From contig NW_003314274.1 of assembly GCF_000143415.4 (NCBI RefSeq), positions 1,688,851 to 1,752,850 of the forward strand: 64,000 nucleotides of DNA. The letters are read 5' to 3'. Both the position numbers and the translations under genes were made by a program. How positions within the stretch are numbered: the stretch's first letter is position 1; each line of letters starts with the position of its first letter. The DNA is from Selaginella moellendorffii (lineage: Eukaryota; Plantae; Lycopodiophyta). This document shows positions 35,053-48,619 of the stretch, one piece after another. The notes beneath the pieces are model-generated. The model was not told the DNA's origin, ran no database searches, and saw only the letters and a list, made by a program, of their open reading frames with translations.

Positions 35053-35986
35053 ATGAGAATGCGCGGTTTGGGCTCGATGAGCCCTAGCTATGGCGTTGGC
35101 GCCTCTCGATTGCCCGTGCTGGCGTCGGCTGTGCCATCGCTCTGGATGGCGGCGCCGTTTTCCCAGCGCGCTCTCCGAATCGGGGAGAAGATTAGGCCTG
35201 GGGAGCGAATTGTCATGATTTTCATTCGCGGATCCAGGAGATTTCAACTCGCTCCAGCAAAGCCTCGCAAGGTATGGTTGTTTCTTGAGAATTTCCTAGA
35301 GTTCTTGTCTTCTAGGCTAGCAGTGATGTGAGAATTTTAAACCTATGGCTTGTCTTTTACTAGGTGGAGCACGAATTTTACGAAGATGATGACTACGATA
35401 GAGATTTTTCTATGGACGGCGACAGTATGGTTCTTCTCGTCCAGCTTGTCCGCACGATTCTCAGGAAACTATCCTCGCGGGCTACCAAGGCGGCGAGAGG
35501 AATGCTGCCACCAATTTTCACATCGGATTTGGTTCGTATCTCCCTTTCTAGTTGTTTTCCCTCTCGTTCTCTCGAGAAGAGCGATGATCTCTTTATTCGA
35601 TTTCCAATGATCTCGTTCTCGTTCTTCTCTGGCAGATATCGTTTTTTGTAAATGGTGCGGTGTTGCTGACGGTGTTCTGGGTGGCAAAAGCGCTTCTCGA
35701 AGTGAGCGAGCTTAGGTACACAGCAGCGCGCGTGTGTCTGGCTAAAGCTTTCCTTTGTTTTTGTGTTCCAATGCAGGTGGTGTGCTCCATGGGGAGTATG
35801 ATGTTCATAGGATTGTTACTCGTTCGCAGCGTGTGGTCGATCCTCTCGTACTTGCAGTCGCAAAGATACTCGGGTAGTTTCAGGAATGGCAACGATCGCA
35901 GTAATAGTAATCGACGCAACATGCGAGGAGGAGGAGGAGGAGGAGACGATTTTGACGATCATCACTACCGAGTTTCGCCCTCCTAG
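35053..35986 (+). CDS. SHW1: SHORT HYPOCOTYL IN WHITE LIGHT 1-like protein, 4 exons (start could be 35146)
   Basis: Acidic tract, then SMVLLVQLVRTILRKLSSRATKAARGMLPPIFTSDL|ISFFVNGAVLLTVFWVAKALLE|VVCSMGSMMFIGLLLVRSVW, matching the SHW1 family core as recalled. Confidence 0.78.
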
Positions 35987-36588
35987 GTAGGCCAGGTTGG
36001 GTTCCACTGCTCTAAAGAGCTTGCAGGACTTTAGTAGAGCATCGGTACTGCCGAAAGGGGATATATAGGTGGTGGTTTTGGTGGCTCATTCTTTCGACAG
36101 TGAAAGAGAGATCTTTGGTGGTGGTGGCCTAGTGCTGGTTGGCACTATCATCGCAGCGCAGCGCAAGCAGAGCAAAGAGACGACGATTTCAAAGGAATCG
36201 AGAGAGACGGCACCGAAAGTGTAAAGAAGCGAAAGCCATCAGCGGGGTCGTTTGTTGGATCCATCAATCAATCAAAATCGTTGACGACGCACCAGGAAAC
36301 GAACGAAAAGAATTTCTTCGCGCGAGTGTCTTTCCAGCTCGCTCTCCTCTGTGAGGGCGCTCTTTCGTTTTTAAGTGGAGCCAACAAACACATGCTCNNN
36401 NNNNNNNNNNNNNNNNNNNNNNNNNNNNNNNNNNNNNNNNNNNNNNNNNNNNNNNNNNNNNNNNNNNNNNNNNNNNNNNNNNNNNNNNNNNNNNNNNNNN
36501 NNTCTGGGACGAGATAAAAAGGAAGAAGAGAAAAGTAACGATCAAAAGAAAGGCCGCCTCGCCCGCTAGCTAGCTAGCTTTGGTCGAG

Positions 36589-38070
36589 CTAGAAGAAATC
36601 TCTACACAGCTCCTTGCGGAGCTTGCGAGAGAATGGCTGACACGCATCGCGGCTCAAGTCCACGGCCGCAGCCAAGGCCATGAAAACCGCGGCGTCCTCC
36701 ACGCACGTAATGTACCTGGTCGAGAGCTGGACAGTGGCCCTGGACGCCGACGACGAGGAGGTCGAGTTACTTCTCCTCCCGCTGCCACTGCCACCGCGCC
36801 GCAGCTCGCAGTTCATCACGAAGCCACTGTCCGTGGTCGGGAGGCCGAGGTAGAAGGAACAATCTCCACTGCTGCGAGGACTCGGGAGTGGAGAGTGGTG
36901 GACGCTGGGGCCTGTGTCAATGGAGAACTCGCCGGCTTTGTTGGAGGAGGGGATGGTGGTCTCGGACACGAGGATGGAGCCGGTGTGGGAGATGAGCTGG
37001 AACTTTAGCCCCAGCCTTCCGCCATCCTGCCGCCACGCCTCGAGTCGCCCCCAGGCCCTCCACGAGTAGTACGAGTGGCCGCCATGCACCACGTCGGTTG
37101 CCGAGGAGCACGAGTCGGGCACGAGGATGAGCCAGCCGCCCGGGTTGCTCCGGCTGACTTCGTCCGAGCCCGTGAACGGCACGAAGGGTGTCACCATCGA
37201 AGCCGCCGCGACCGGGGAGCCCGACAGGTCGTGGATTGTCACGAGCCAGCTCTTTCTTTCTCGGCTGTTGCCGCTCTCCTCCCTGGGAGTCCGGCTTGGT
37301 GTGAGATCTCCTTGCACCATCCTGGAAGAGAGACACTGTGAGAAACTTGGCAAGCCAAATAAAAAAAGAAACTCGTGCTCTGACCTCGTCCTGCCTTTGC
37401 TGAATTTGCAGCTGAAAACTGGCTGCTGCTTCTTTCCTGCGCCCTTCCCCTTCACCTGGACAATCTGGGGGCTCAATGCAATGTCGCCATCGAATTGGAA
37501 CTCGTAGCGCGGATCCGACTCTAGCTTCACCGCAGCGTGGAGCTCCATTCCACTAATGAAGCTGCCCATTTTGACCCAGCCTCCGTGTAGAAGCAACCCG
37601 TCTGTCCAATCTGAATCTGCGCTGATTGGTACTCTGAAAACTCCCAAAACTTTGCTGCTGATGCTGCTGCCGCTGCTGTTGCCGTATCCCTGCCTGCCTG
37701 CGTATACAACCAATTCCACGCTTGGAGCTGACCCGCTTCCCACGCGCAGCAGACATGACGCCGGGTTTGGCGACAGGAGCTTGTTGAAGACGGTGGCGTC
37801 GATGTAGAAGTTTGCAGCAACAGATCGAGAATCTGGCTCTCCAAAGACGAGTGGAACCTGTGAAGTCTGCGGTTGACACCCAGGAAATCTGATCTCGCAG
37901 AAGAAGCAATTGCTGCTCGAGGGAATCCCGATTCTGCCCAAGCTTCTAGTCCTGCTTCGCCGCTTCAACGACGAAGAGCCTGCATCTGTACCCCCTGTTC
38001 CTGTTGAAGCAGGATTAATGCGGAGCCCGAGACCCGCCACGGACAGCTTGACAAAGTCCCTGGCATCCAT
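36589..38070 (-). CDS. DUF1005 family protein, 2 exons (63-nt in-frame intron 37384-37322)
   Basis: MDARDFVKLSVAGLGLR; DPRYEFQFDG..SPQIVQV; WLVTIHDLSGSPVAAASMVTPFVP..VSRSNPGGWLIL; WGRLEAWR; EDAAVFMALAAAVDLSRDACQPFSRKLRKEL. Confidence 0.93.
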   Translation of the reverse strand: MDARDFVKLSVAGLGLRINPASTGTGGTDAGSSSLKRRSRTRSLGRIGIPSSSNCFFCEIRFPGCQPQTSQVPLVFGEPDSRSVAANFYIDATVFNKLLSPNPASCLLRVGSGSAPSVELVVYAGRQGYGNSSGSSISSKVLGVFRVPISADSDWTDGLLLHGGWVKMGSFISGMELHAAVKLESDPRYEFQFDGDIALSPQIVQVKGKGAGKKQQPVFSCKFSKGRTRSEHEFLFLFGLPSFSQCLSSRMVQGDLTPSRTPREESGNSRERKSWLVTIHDLSGSPVAAASMVTPFVPFTGSDEVSRSNPGGWLILVPDSCSSATDVVHGGHSYYSWRAWGRLEAWRQDGGRLGLKFQLISHTGSILVSETTIPSSNKAGEFSIDTGPSVHHSPLPSPRSSGDCSFYLGLPTTDSGFVMNCELRRGGSGSGRRSNSTSSSSASRATVQLSTRYITCVEDAAVFMALAAAVDLSRDACQPFSRKLRKELCRDFF

Positions 38071-38736
38071 TCCCTTCAATCGTCAGAGTGCTGTTACTGC
38101 TGCTGCTGCACGAAGAAGCAGAAGAGGAAGAAGAAGAAAACGGTGATACGGCGGATGATCCATAGTGAAAGAAGAAAAAGTGGTACCTCCGAGCTAAGGA
38201 TTCTTCGTTTTGTATAAGTTTGCTCGGACAGCTTCTCTGTTTACGTCATGCGAGGAAACGGTTGATGGCGGGCTGGGCCATGTTCCCATGTGTATGGCAG
38301 CTGGCACTCTCTTTCATATCCCTGGCGGTTGGATCATCCTGCTGACAGCCTCTTTGGACGGGTTCGCCCCAACAGCGCGAGCATATGCTTGACAGCTTTC
38401 GAGACTCCTGTTCCTGCAAAGAACAGCTTAAAAGCAGGATCATAAAAACACACTATTGATTCCCTCTGAGCTTTCCGATTTGACACACAACAGCACACAA
38501 GTTCTTTACTACCAATCCGTTGTAAACTAACCAACCGACGATATAGACATGACCGGAACCTGGTGAAGGAGAGCTGCTGCCTGGACGAAGAAAAAAGTTT
38601 TCAGCCACCATTTTCCTGGAACCCGAGATTATAAACGAGTCAGTCCACTATCAAGAAAAGCGATTCTGGTTACCAACCATCTCGTAGTCGTGAAGAAGAT
38701 TAACCTGGTGTTTTGGATCGTCACCGCAATATGTTG

Positions 38737-41473
38737 CTATGTATCCGCCTCGCTTCCAGCTTCTTGAGTCCTGTTGTTCCTCTGTCGCAAGCCACCGTTG
38801 TCGTCCTCGGCGCCACCCGTCCCTACAGTGGTTGTCGTCCCTGCTGGCTCCGGTTCAGGCTCCCTGAAGTCCCGGAATATGGGAAGGAAGGAAACCAATG
38901 CCGTTGACGGGCTCCCTAAGGTCCACGGAAACACGGAACCGAATGCTGTGATGGGAGCAGCCTGAATGATAGGAGCATTAGCCGCTGGGGTTGGAGGGCC
39001 CTCGGCTTGAGTGTTCTCCACAGAAGCATCTGGCACGCCAACAGTAGAATCTAGACTATCCGTCATTCTGTCCGAAGGAATCTGGGCTGCGTTGGAAGTT
39101 CTCGAGCTGTTGGAAGACTGCAACCCGCCTACTTCGAAAGTTCCAGTCATAAATCCTAAGGAAGTCCTAGAGCCATTGTTCCCTTCTACTCTTTGTTCTG
39201 CAGATCTTGGCGGGTTGACAGGGTTTAGCCGCGTCACTTGCACAGCTGAAGTCAGTATTGCCGACGACGTTACATGTAACCCCTGCTGCTGAAGTAGCTC
39301 CCTTCTACGTAGATATACTTGTAATGCAGGTATCTGCTGACAGGCCCCATCGAATCGTAAGAAGCAGCAGGCATGTCAATGTCTTACCTCAAAACGATTC
39401 CAAAAAAATAAAACCAGGTGCTGCATGAATCCCGCAGTTGCTGAAAACGCGAGATAAGAGAATCCTGAAAAAGGAGACAAGTTCAGCAATGTGCTAAAGT
39501 GAGTTTGCAATCATACCGTATGTATAAGAGAAGAAGTAGATGTGAAACACCATGAAGTAGAGAAAGAAAAATCGAGGAAAATACTGCATTGAGATTCTGG
39601 TTCTGACACTGCAATCACCATATTAAGGTCAATAATCAAAATGCAAATGGAAGAAACTTGCCTGATCATTGTAAAGAGTTCGCATAGCCACACCAAAGTC
39701 AAAACCATGAAAGCTAAGAGCTGATCGTCGAAAAACTCAAATAGAAAAAACAAAATACCGATCATAATCTGTAAATACAAGGGAGCATTAAAACAAATGA
39801 ATGAAGCGTTCGATGTTCATACTTACAGGCACAAAAACTAGTGACTCAAACACATGGATAAAGATAAGATGGAAGGTAGGAAGACGATGTCGTGCGTGAT
39901 GCTGCAGTTGGACTGTCAAGCAGGGAAAGAAGGTTTAGCACAGAACACAATTTCAAGAAAAACCAGACCTGTGAATTTCAGCATTCGAGCTTGCGTTTCT
40001 CTGAGGGTGAACGAAACAGACATTGTTGTGGTGAAAAACACAAATAATGACATTATCAGCACCCCGAACTTGAAAACAACATAATCTACAAAAACTATGT
40101 GAGTACAGCACAAACGCATGAAGGAAAGCTTACCTTCAACTCCATGAGATACTCCACTCGACTCCTGTAGATAATTGAGGTTGTAGAGCTCCTTTGTCTG
40201 AAAGTTATAGAGATATCCTACAGTGCACGATTCAGCCTTACACGCTTCGAGAATAAATTCGAGTGTAATTCCAACCTTTGTCCCGAGCAGTTAAGAGACT
40301 GTTCATTAGAATTGTGTCGTATCCGACGAAATTGTCAATAAGAAAACGCTGCCATCTGCTGACAAACAGATAAGTCAATAAACATAAGAAGGCTCTTTAA
40401 GCACCTGTTGCCAAAACAAGCATTTTGAGCACAAATGCTTACGTTGACCGTTCGGATTTCATGCTGGACCTTTGCAACTTCTGAAAGAATCAAATAACCC
40501 TTCAAGCCGAGAGGGCTGATATTATTCTCTCATCTCATGCAATTTTCAACCGAAACGAAAAAGACGTATACCTTTTCGACGCTGTACAAGTACATTGGAT
40601 CATGGATTTTGCCTCGCTTATCTGCCCGGTCTACTGTATTTCAATATGAGAACCAACAAGAAACATTTCTCTGGCTTACCAATCAAGGAATCCTTCCAGG
40701 CAACGGCACGTCGATCGCCCTTCAGCGTGGCGGCAAACGATTCCCAGCCCGCGATCCTCTAAAATGTGCATCTTAGGGACAAATCGTTCAGATAAGATAG
40801 CCTTACCCAAACTTGCGCAAAAGTTCTCATACTTTGCTCCATGTTCTTAAGGAAGCTACTCCATTTACTCAAATAGTGTAGGAGAGTCGTGCCGGCAACA
40901 TTAGCTCGGAACGCTTCATCTCCGCCAGAAACATCCTCAGAAGCGGTCTCACCATCATCCTCACCTTCCGATACCTTCGCTTTGCTCTTAGACCCGGCTT
41001 CGTGAAACCAAAACTTCCACCCAGCATTTTGAGCCGTCTCAGGTTGATCCTGGTGAGTAAGGGGGCTGAACAGGAATTGGTGTTGCTCCTCGAAAGCTCT
41101 ACTGCTGCCGGTAATCTAGAACCAAAATGACAAACAATATCAAATGAATCACAAGAGTTCCTGCATTTGAGTACCTTCACTTGTATGAGCTGCGCGTCAG
41201 AGGCGGCATGAAACTCAGTAGCACAACCGGGCTGCAAGAAAAAAAAAAACCAAAATCACCATCACCTCCGAAAGGAGAGAAGAAAAAAAGCAGAGAAAGA
41301 AGGCAAACCTGGGCCACGAAGTTGACATGCATCACAACGAGCAGCGCCAGCAGCACTACCGCATTGAAGAGGCAAAGATACTCGAGGACAGTCCGGAACC
41401 TGGGAGTGAGAAGCCGCGCAAGCACGCCGGACAGGCGCGCGTGGACTCTCAAGAATGTCTGCTCCGGATCCAT
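38737..41473 (-). CDS. Membralin-like protein (TMEM259 family), multi-exon
   Basis: MDPEQTFLRVHARLSG..HVNFVAQ|PGC; SLFVFFTTTMSVSFTLRETQARMLKFT; IMIGILFFLFEFFDDQLLAFMVLTLVWLCELF; FWNRFE. Confidence 0.93.
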
Positions 41474-41817
41474 TTCCTCCGGAATTCGGCTCCGCCCTGG
41501 CTTCCGCTACCCCATCCTCAAAACCCTAGCTTCGCGCTGGGCTCTTCTCCCGCGTCGAGCCGCGCACACCGATTCCAACCGCCCTAATTCCCAATCCCTG
41601 ACCCCATGATCACCCGGCCGCCATCGCCGATTACCTAGCCCGCCGCGATCGCCCGCCGGTGAGCGCCATCGCCATCGCACCGATCATAAGAGAGAGGGAA
41701 TCCGGGGTGTTTATTCTCGGCAAATGGTACGGAGGTATATTCTGCACGGAAGCACCCGTAGGCACTACGGAAGGCATATTCTGTACGGCAAACTATCTTC
41801 TAGCGCTGTGTTGTTCT

Positions 41818-43017
41818 CTAGTATCTTTTCAGCATGGTTCTGGCGACCACGTTTAGAACCGATGATAGCAGCAAGTTGATCTTCCCCAGCCCCTTGGAGT
41901 ACTTGCCAATGCAAACTTTGTAGCTCTCGCGAGTTTTCACCTTGGCCCAGTAGACCATCAGGTGTGGCCGCGTGTGGATCATCTCCTTCTCCTGCTTCAT
42001 CAGCTCGATCCTGGCCAGCAGCGGGGAGAACATCACGTCGGCCATGGAGAAGCTCTCCCCGGCCAAGTAATTGTTGGTGGCGGCCAGCTCCGCCTCGGCG
42101 TCCTCGAGGAGGCCGACGAGGTGCTCCCGGTTGGCCTGGATGGCGTCCGTGTCCTTGAGGAGCTCCTCCAGGGCGTGCATGTCGTGGAGCTTGGCGTGGT
42201 ACTTGTTGGCCAGGTCGGGGTTCTCGGCCATCCGGGCGATGAGGACCTGGCGCTTGAAGCGGCTGTGGTATTGGAGGTACTTAGGTGGAGTCGCGCTCAG
42301 CGTGAAGAGCTTGGGGTCCCAGGCGTCCACCTTGCGCTGCCACTGGAGGGACTTCTCGCAATCGAACTTGTCGCCTCCTAGCGCCTTGTCGAACTTGTCA
42401 ATGTATCTGGAATGAATATTCACGTAAGTTTCTAGCAACAAAGCTATGACCAACTTCAAACGAAGATCGCTAAAACTAGACCACCACTCAGTTAAAAACC
42501 TCAGAAAATCTCTATGGATCATCTCGGAGTTAGAAGTACGTAAGTTTCTAGCAACAAAGCTATGACCAAATTTCTTCAAACGAAGATCGCTAAAACTAGA
42601 CCACCACTCAAAGCAAACTCTAAAAACCACTTGAAAAACTTAAGTGAATGCCTGGAATAGATACGGATCGTCCCGGAGGTTTCTAGCAACAAAGCTATGA
42701 CCAAGTTTCTTTAAAGGAGGATCGCTAAAACTAGACCACCACTCAATGAAAATCTAACTCTAAAACCACTTAAAAACTTAGAACATCTATCGGAGGAGGA
42801 GAACTTACTGGACAATGGCGAGACTCCCTCGAGTAACACGGTTGCCATTGATGAGCACTGGAATTCGGCCATTCGGATGCTCGCGGAAGAACTCGGCGTC
42901 CAAGTTCCTGGCCTTCAAAGGATTGATGCTGTAATCCCAGTAATCCAGGCCCTTCTCTTCCAGCGCCATTCGAGCCTGCTGGCTTTGCAGCGACAAGGGA
43001 TGGTGATAGAACTGCAT
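41818..43017 (-). CDS. TCHQD: Glutathione S-transferase, TCHQD class, 2 coding exons (43017-42809, 42406-41818)
   Basis: MQFYHHPLSLQSQQARMALEEKGLDY..INPLKARNLDAEFFREHPNGRIPV; WDPKLFTL; YLAGESFSMADVMF; C-terminal LKRY. Confidence 0.93.
42424..42780. repeat. Three tandem copies (period ~116-135 bp) of an intronic repeat
   Basis: GTTTCTAGCAACAAAGCTATGACCAA..GATCGCTAAAACTAGACCACCACTCA at ~42428, 42544 and 42679. Confidence 0.9.
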
Positions 43018-43567
43018 TCTTGCTCCGTCGCACGATCACTAGATCACACCATCGGCGCCCTTCCCTGAAAACCTCGATGGAGGTCAGCCATGATCATGAT
43101 CGCCAGTACCAGCGCCGGCGGCAGCGGCATCTAGAAATTTCCTCATCCATCCCCTCCCAGAGGCACTAATCCACGAAATTTCGAGCTCGAGATCGGATTC
43201 TCGGACGCCGCGACCGATATTTCGCTTGAGCGCGTGAGATCGGCCGGATCGCGGCCGCGCTCGAGAATCTGGAGCCCCAGAGCCGACGAGGACTCACCTC
43301 CCAGCAGCGCGCGTCGATCGGCGCCTTGGCCGCGCCCCTCCTCCTCTCTTCACTGGAGCGAACTGACACGAATGGGGATGAGAGCCATTCCTTCACAGAG
43401 CGACGAGCAATGGGGATCCAACGGCTGCGGCAAAGCCACATCCAACGACTGTGCGCTCTTTTAACGTTTTCTTTGTTTTTCCTCTTGTTTAGTATATTCG
43501 CGGGCCTGTTCTATACAGTGTCGAGTGTTCGTGTTCTACTCACACTAGAGTCTCCAGAAGAGTTGGC

Positions 43568-46500
43568 TCAAATTTCGTAGGACGAAAGGTATGTGGTACC
43601 CGCAACGACAGCGGCCCACGGTGGGAATTTTTGCATCAAGACGATCGTTGTCTTGTCTAGTTTTTGATCCAAAACTCCCAATTCGATCCGGAGAGGAGGG
43701 GAGATTTTTGCCTGGAAAATCTATCTGTCAGCAAAGCGAAAAAGATGAAAGTGGTGCTTACGTCCATCCAGAATTTCCAGGTCTCGCTGCTCTTGCCACT
43801 GAATCGACATACGTAGGATGGCGGACCGCCATTTACGATCTCATAGCCTGCAAACAAGTGAATTTTTTAATTTGAGAAAACGCTAGACTCTCAAGGAAAA
43901 GTTACCAGGCAAGCTTTGGTTCGAGAGTGACCAGTTCAGTAACGGGCCAGTGACGTTAATCGCAGCGCCCCAGACTTCTTGCAGTGATCTGCAATATATT
44001 TTTTGTCGATGATGAAATACAAAACGCGTTTCTCGCTTACCCCAAGTCGAGCTCGAAGAACAAACGTCGAGTCCCCTGAGTCCCGGGTATCGACTCCGTC
44101 AGGAGAAGTTTTGGAAGAGAGGCCTGCGGATATGGAGGCCCAGCTAGTGTTGGAACTTGAAAGCTGCGAGAGAGCATCAAGGATATGGGATATAGAGCCT
44201 GGAAATGCATAAAGTGAGAGAGTTTGTGCCAGGAAAACAAAACACACAAAGATATACCAGGAAAGTATTTGCACCAGAATGTTGCGAGAGCGTCGGCTCC
44301 GCGGCCAGACTCTCGCGTACAAGTGGTGCATGCTTGAAAACAAAAGTCATTGGATTTGGATCCACAGTTGCGAAGTCGTGACTTGCTTCGATGATTGAAT
44401 CCCCTGCCACGTTTTCGATAAATTAGCCAGATGAAAGATTTCCGAAACAACAAACCTGATGTTCTAAAACTATGTTGAAGTATGATGCGCTTTGGAGCTA
44501 AAGTGCTGTAAGGAAATGTACCCGACGTTCCAACTGAAACTCCCACGGAAATTGCGAGCAGCAACCAGATGATCCGGGGTTTAGCAAGTACGTGCGCTAA
44601 ACCGGGTATAATATGACCCACAGACACCACAACAGCTAAGCCCATTATAAATGCGATGACGACGTCCGCCACAAAGAAACCTGAAACAAATGCTCATCAA
44701 CGTTACAACATTTATTCCATAATAATATTACCAAAAGGATCCGGATGAGCTCCAACCATTCCCAGTTTTTCCACAATAAATTCGACGAAAACAACGACAA
44801 AGAAAATGGTGTAAGCCGATGGAAGCAAGCCCGGAAGAATGTACCCGAGCAATGATCTGGAGGAAGAAAAAAGAGATGTGGTGAGAAACTGGATGAAAAC
44901 CATGTATGCGTATATCATACCGCAAAGAATGCTGACCAAATCTCTTCTGTAAAAGCTGCAAAACGTGGATAGCTGGAATCATAAATAACGCCCACCAGCA
45001 TGGAAAATAGCTGCTCATTGCACCAGAAAGTATCAAGACCTGAGACTTTAGGATCAGTAAAGTGTCATCAAAGTTTAAGCTCACGACTTACAGCAGCCTC
45101 TAGACCATATAAACCCGTGGCTCCCCAGTGAGACGCAACAATTTTCTCCTGCATGCAGCATTACGGTGTAAGACAAAACCAAAACTTTTGTGACGTCGTA
45201 CCTGAGTGGAGTGTGGCCTGGAAGATAAAACGCGAGGCAGTAGCAAACCCGCGACTGAAACTGGTACAAAGGTCGCCACTGCTATCAGTGGATTAGCAAA
45301 CCTATAGAAGTTGTCAGTTGCTAACAACTTGAAAAGAAAATCGTGTGTGTTATACCATGCCATTGCCGTTGCTGACAAAATTAGTCTCGCTGCTGCTAGC
45401 ATCACGGGAAAAAGAACAGCCAGAACACATCCTAATCCATGGCGAACCGCACCTACAATTACAGAAAACAAAAACAAAAAATAGAAAAACGGAGAAAAAG
45501 GAAAAGATTAAGCAAAGCTTCCAAACTCTCGCCAAACTAACCATAAAAAATGGCTGAATAAGAGGTTTTCAGGTCATCGCTAAAGAAATATGGCACTGCA
45601 AGTACAATGAGGAGAGGAAGGTAATGCAAGACTTGTGCCGTTTTGCGAGAGTAATGGACCTGCAAGAGGACAAAGCCAAATCAACTTCATTTCCACAATT
45701 TACCGAACCTGCTTACCATAAACTTGCCGAGAATATCAAAATAAACATGACGGTCAGTATTTGATCCACCGGCTTGAGCTCGTTGATCAGCAGTCTTAAG
45801 CTCTGGAGCGCTTGTGAAACCTTTAAGCAGCTCAATAAGATTCTCTCCTCGTGTCTGGATGGACCCAGATCTGCAAACTGAAGTTAGCCAAGACCGTCCA
45901 AAGTTTTTGAGTTCTTACGCAATAATTTCCGGACGATCATACGCTGTATGGTACACATAACCATTGAGAAGGAAAACTATGTCCATTCCTGGAATGTCGG
46001 CAAAATCTTGTGAGAAAATGCGGTAGTCCGTATCACCAGGTACGAGAGGAAAAACATCCTGGATCATCAAAGTTAGCTCTCTGTCTCTCTCTTTTGTGTT
46101 CGTTTTATTTACCTGAGCGACGCTGTTCGCTCCAGGAACAACTGCTGACTCCGCGTACACACGAGTTGGCCAAGTTTCTGGGCCAGATTGAACCACCAAG
46201 TCTAGAGTGACACACGAGTCAGGCCTGTAAAACAACTATAAACTTAATCGTACCAGGTCCACTCGCCCCAGTAGCCTCGACATTGATCACAGCTCCAACA
46301 GTTGATCGCCATTTATGAGTCGTAATGAAACCATGAGAGGCCTGAAAAGCTCCCAGCACTATGATGACAGCTTAAGCAACAAAGATCCGAAATGGACTTG
46401 CGGGAGTTGAGTAAATACCAGAAGGAAAACTTCTTCGGCTCCATTGAACAGAAAGATGATTGGCGATGGAGGTACCCAGCCGGAATCAACAATGTAGCGT

Positions 46501-47344
46501 AGAACTTCCAGCATGGACGCTGCGACATAGATCTACTTTGTGAAACCAACGGGACGTTGCAAAACCAGCGAAGACTTACCAACGCACGAGGCACAGTCTC
46601 CAGCACCGGGTGATCCCAAGGGAGAGTCGAAATGGCCGTTCACCAAAACACTGGCTTGATCGTCGGTAGCATTGTGTGCTGAAACTCTACAAAAGGAAAG
46701 CAAAAACAACATTAAGAAAAAGAGAAGAAAGTTCTTACCTCACAGCAACATTCGTATGATTTCTATACGAGAGCGCAACGTTGTGCCTCAGAAAAAGCAT
46801 GCTAAAGGATCCACTAACAAGTGATTCATCCAGTTCAAGCCTGAATAGCACACAAGGTAGGCGATAAGCAAGAAAAACACAAAAGTTTGGTAGAGTTTAC
46901 CTGACAGATTTGGACCTGTCCTTCAAGGCAGTGATTTGAGCTTTCAGATATTCTGCTGCTCGAGCCAACCCTTCAGTTCCTTCCTGGATTTGTTTTTACC
47001 CACAGAACGTTAAAATAGATCCCAAAGCGGAAAAATAGGAAGAAACGAACTTGACGGCCTCCAATTTCGTGAGCCAATTCCCAGACGTGATCCATCGCTC
47101 TTTGTTCCGAGAACTTGTCCAGAGGAGCGCTTCTCGGGAGTGGAGCTAAGTAGCCCTCGTGAACACACCGGGAAGCAATCCACACAAGCGCAAAGTAGAA
47201 GCCGGCGACAAGAAACAAAGCCAGGATCTCAGTAGCGAAAGAGGAGCTGCCGCCATCGCTAGCTCCTGCTGCCATGGATTTGGAGAGCTCACCATTGCCA
47301 GCAACGCGGCGATCTTGGCTTGGCGGCCGTCGCCGGCGGAGCAT
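43568..47344 (-). CDS. Endoplasmic reticulum metallopeptidase 1-like (peptidase M28), many exons (start 47344 or 47275)
   Basis: [15 protein letters not shown]; [19 protein letters not shown]; FLFNGAEE; NVEATG; [28 protein letters not shown]; multiple TM segments; terminal exon ...[20 protein letters not shown]. Confidence 0.93.
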
Positions 47345-47553
47345 TCTGCGAGACTCAAGAACGCCAAGTGACCTAAAATAACACAGTGAAGTAATGGCAG
47401 GTTACTTCAAGACGGACGGTTGCGATTTGTGGTCTTCGTTTAAAAGCATTTGTGGTCTTTTCTTTTGGCACTGTATTATTATATGTCGCATTTTATTTTC
47501 CCCTTGTTTTCTGGGTTCTTATTTTTACTGTTTGTTACATTTTGCTCTTCGCG

Positions 47554-48600
47554 ATGGGTGCCGATGCCGCTCCCTCGAATGAGGTCGATCAAGCCATAAC
47601 TGCCGCAGTTTTCGTCCAGGTAAAAGTGATCGCATTGTTTTCTTGACGATCCAGAGAGATTTAAACTGCCTCTCCGATCCAGATCAAAACATCAGGCGAA
47701 AGGCATTGGAGCAGCATCTTGTGACTGAGTCTCGTTCTCCAGCTATGCGGTATTTTTTCGTTACTTACCTCTGCAGGATTCTTATTTTTAAGTTTAACTT
47801 TTTAGAAGGTAGTGGGTGCATGCAGTGCTGTTACGGATGGGGATGTTCTAGCACAACAGGTAGTAAAGTTCTTGCAATTAATGGGGTTTAACAATACTCC
47901 GGAGCTTTGGTTGGATCTTATTATGGATTCGATAATCAGCGATCGGTCTACATGAAAAACTAGAGTGCATGCTTGAGAATGTTCACGAAGGCTTGGTTAA
48001 TTCAGGTATTATGCAATTTCCTCGTTCGTGTAAGACAACTTAACCAAATTTTTGCGAGGGTTATGTCAAACTAATTGGTCTTTTGATGTAGGCGTAGCAG
48101 TACGACGACAGGTGCTTGATTGAGCCCAGCATGATGATTAGCATTTCCAGGTTGACAGCTCCAACGTTTAAGCCGGCACCAATGAAAGGAGGCCCGATAT
48201 CCATAGTCTCTTTGAAAGAAATGTTGATTTTATTTTTATAGGTTGTTCTTCGCTGACTTTGATTATCGGTGCAGCTTCAATGTATTCAAGATGATAGCGA
48301 ACTACATCGGGATGCTGCTTCTTTGATAGAAACCGTTGCTGAAGTTACTGGCTACGAGTCATTGGAGCAGTTGTATGCTTGAGGAATGGTGAGGAAACTC
48401 GCTAGAAAGACGTCTTTTTGATGTATTGAAGAACTTTGGCCATTTGGTACCGCGATGAAGCTTACTGTCTTCCTGCATGCCGGCTCGTATCTAGCGGAGA
48501 TACTTCCAAATTTTGCGAGCTGTGTTGCATTGTCAGTGTTTTAATTCCGGCAAGCAGGAAAGGTTGGAAATTTCAGGAACAGATTTTAGATGACCAGGGG
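47554..48600 (+). pseudogene. HEAT-repeat fragment resembling dynein axonemal assembly factor 5 (DNAAF5/HEATR2)
   Basis: QRDLNCLSDPDQNIRRKALE resembles the DNAAF5 N-terminus. A later exon-like piece (IETVAEVTGYESLEQLYA*) has a stop at 48380-48382, and the region is far too short for a full gene. Confidence 0.5.
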
Positions 48601-48619
48601 ATCTCAAGGGAGAGTCTAA

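Noticed and set aside
42424-42780. CRISPR-like repeat-spacer pattern
   Set aside because: The repeats are ~65 bp with related linkers, lie in a spliceosomal intron of a plant gene, and have no cas genes nearby.
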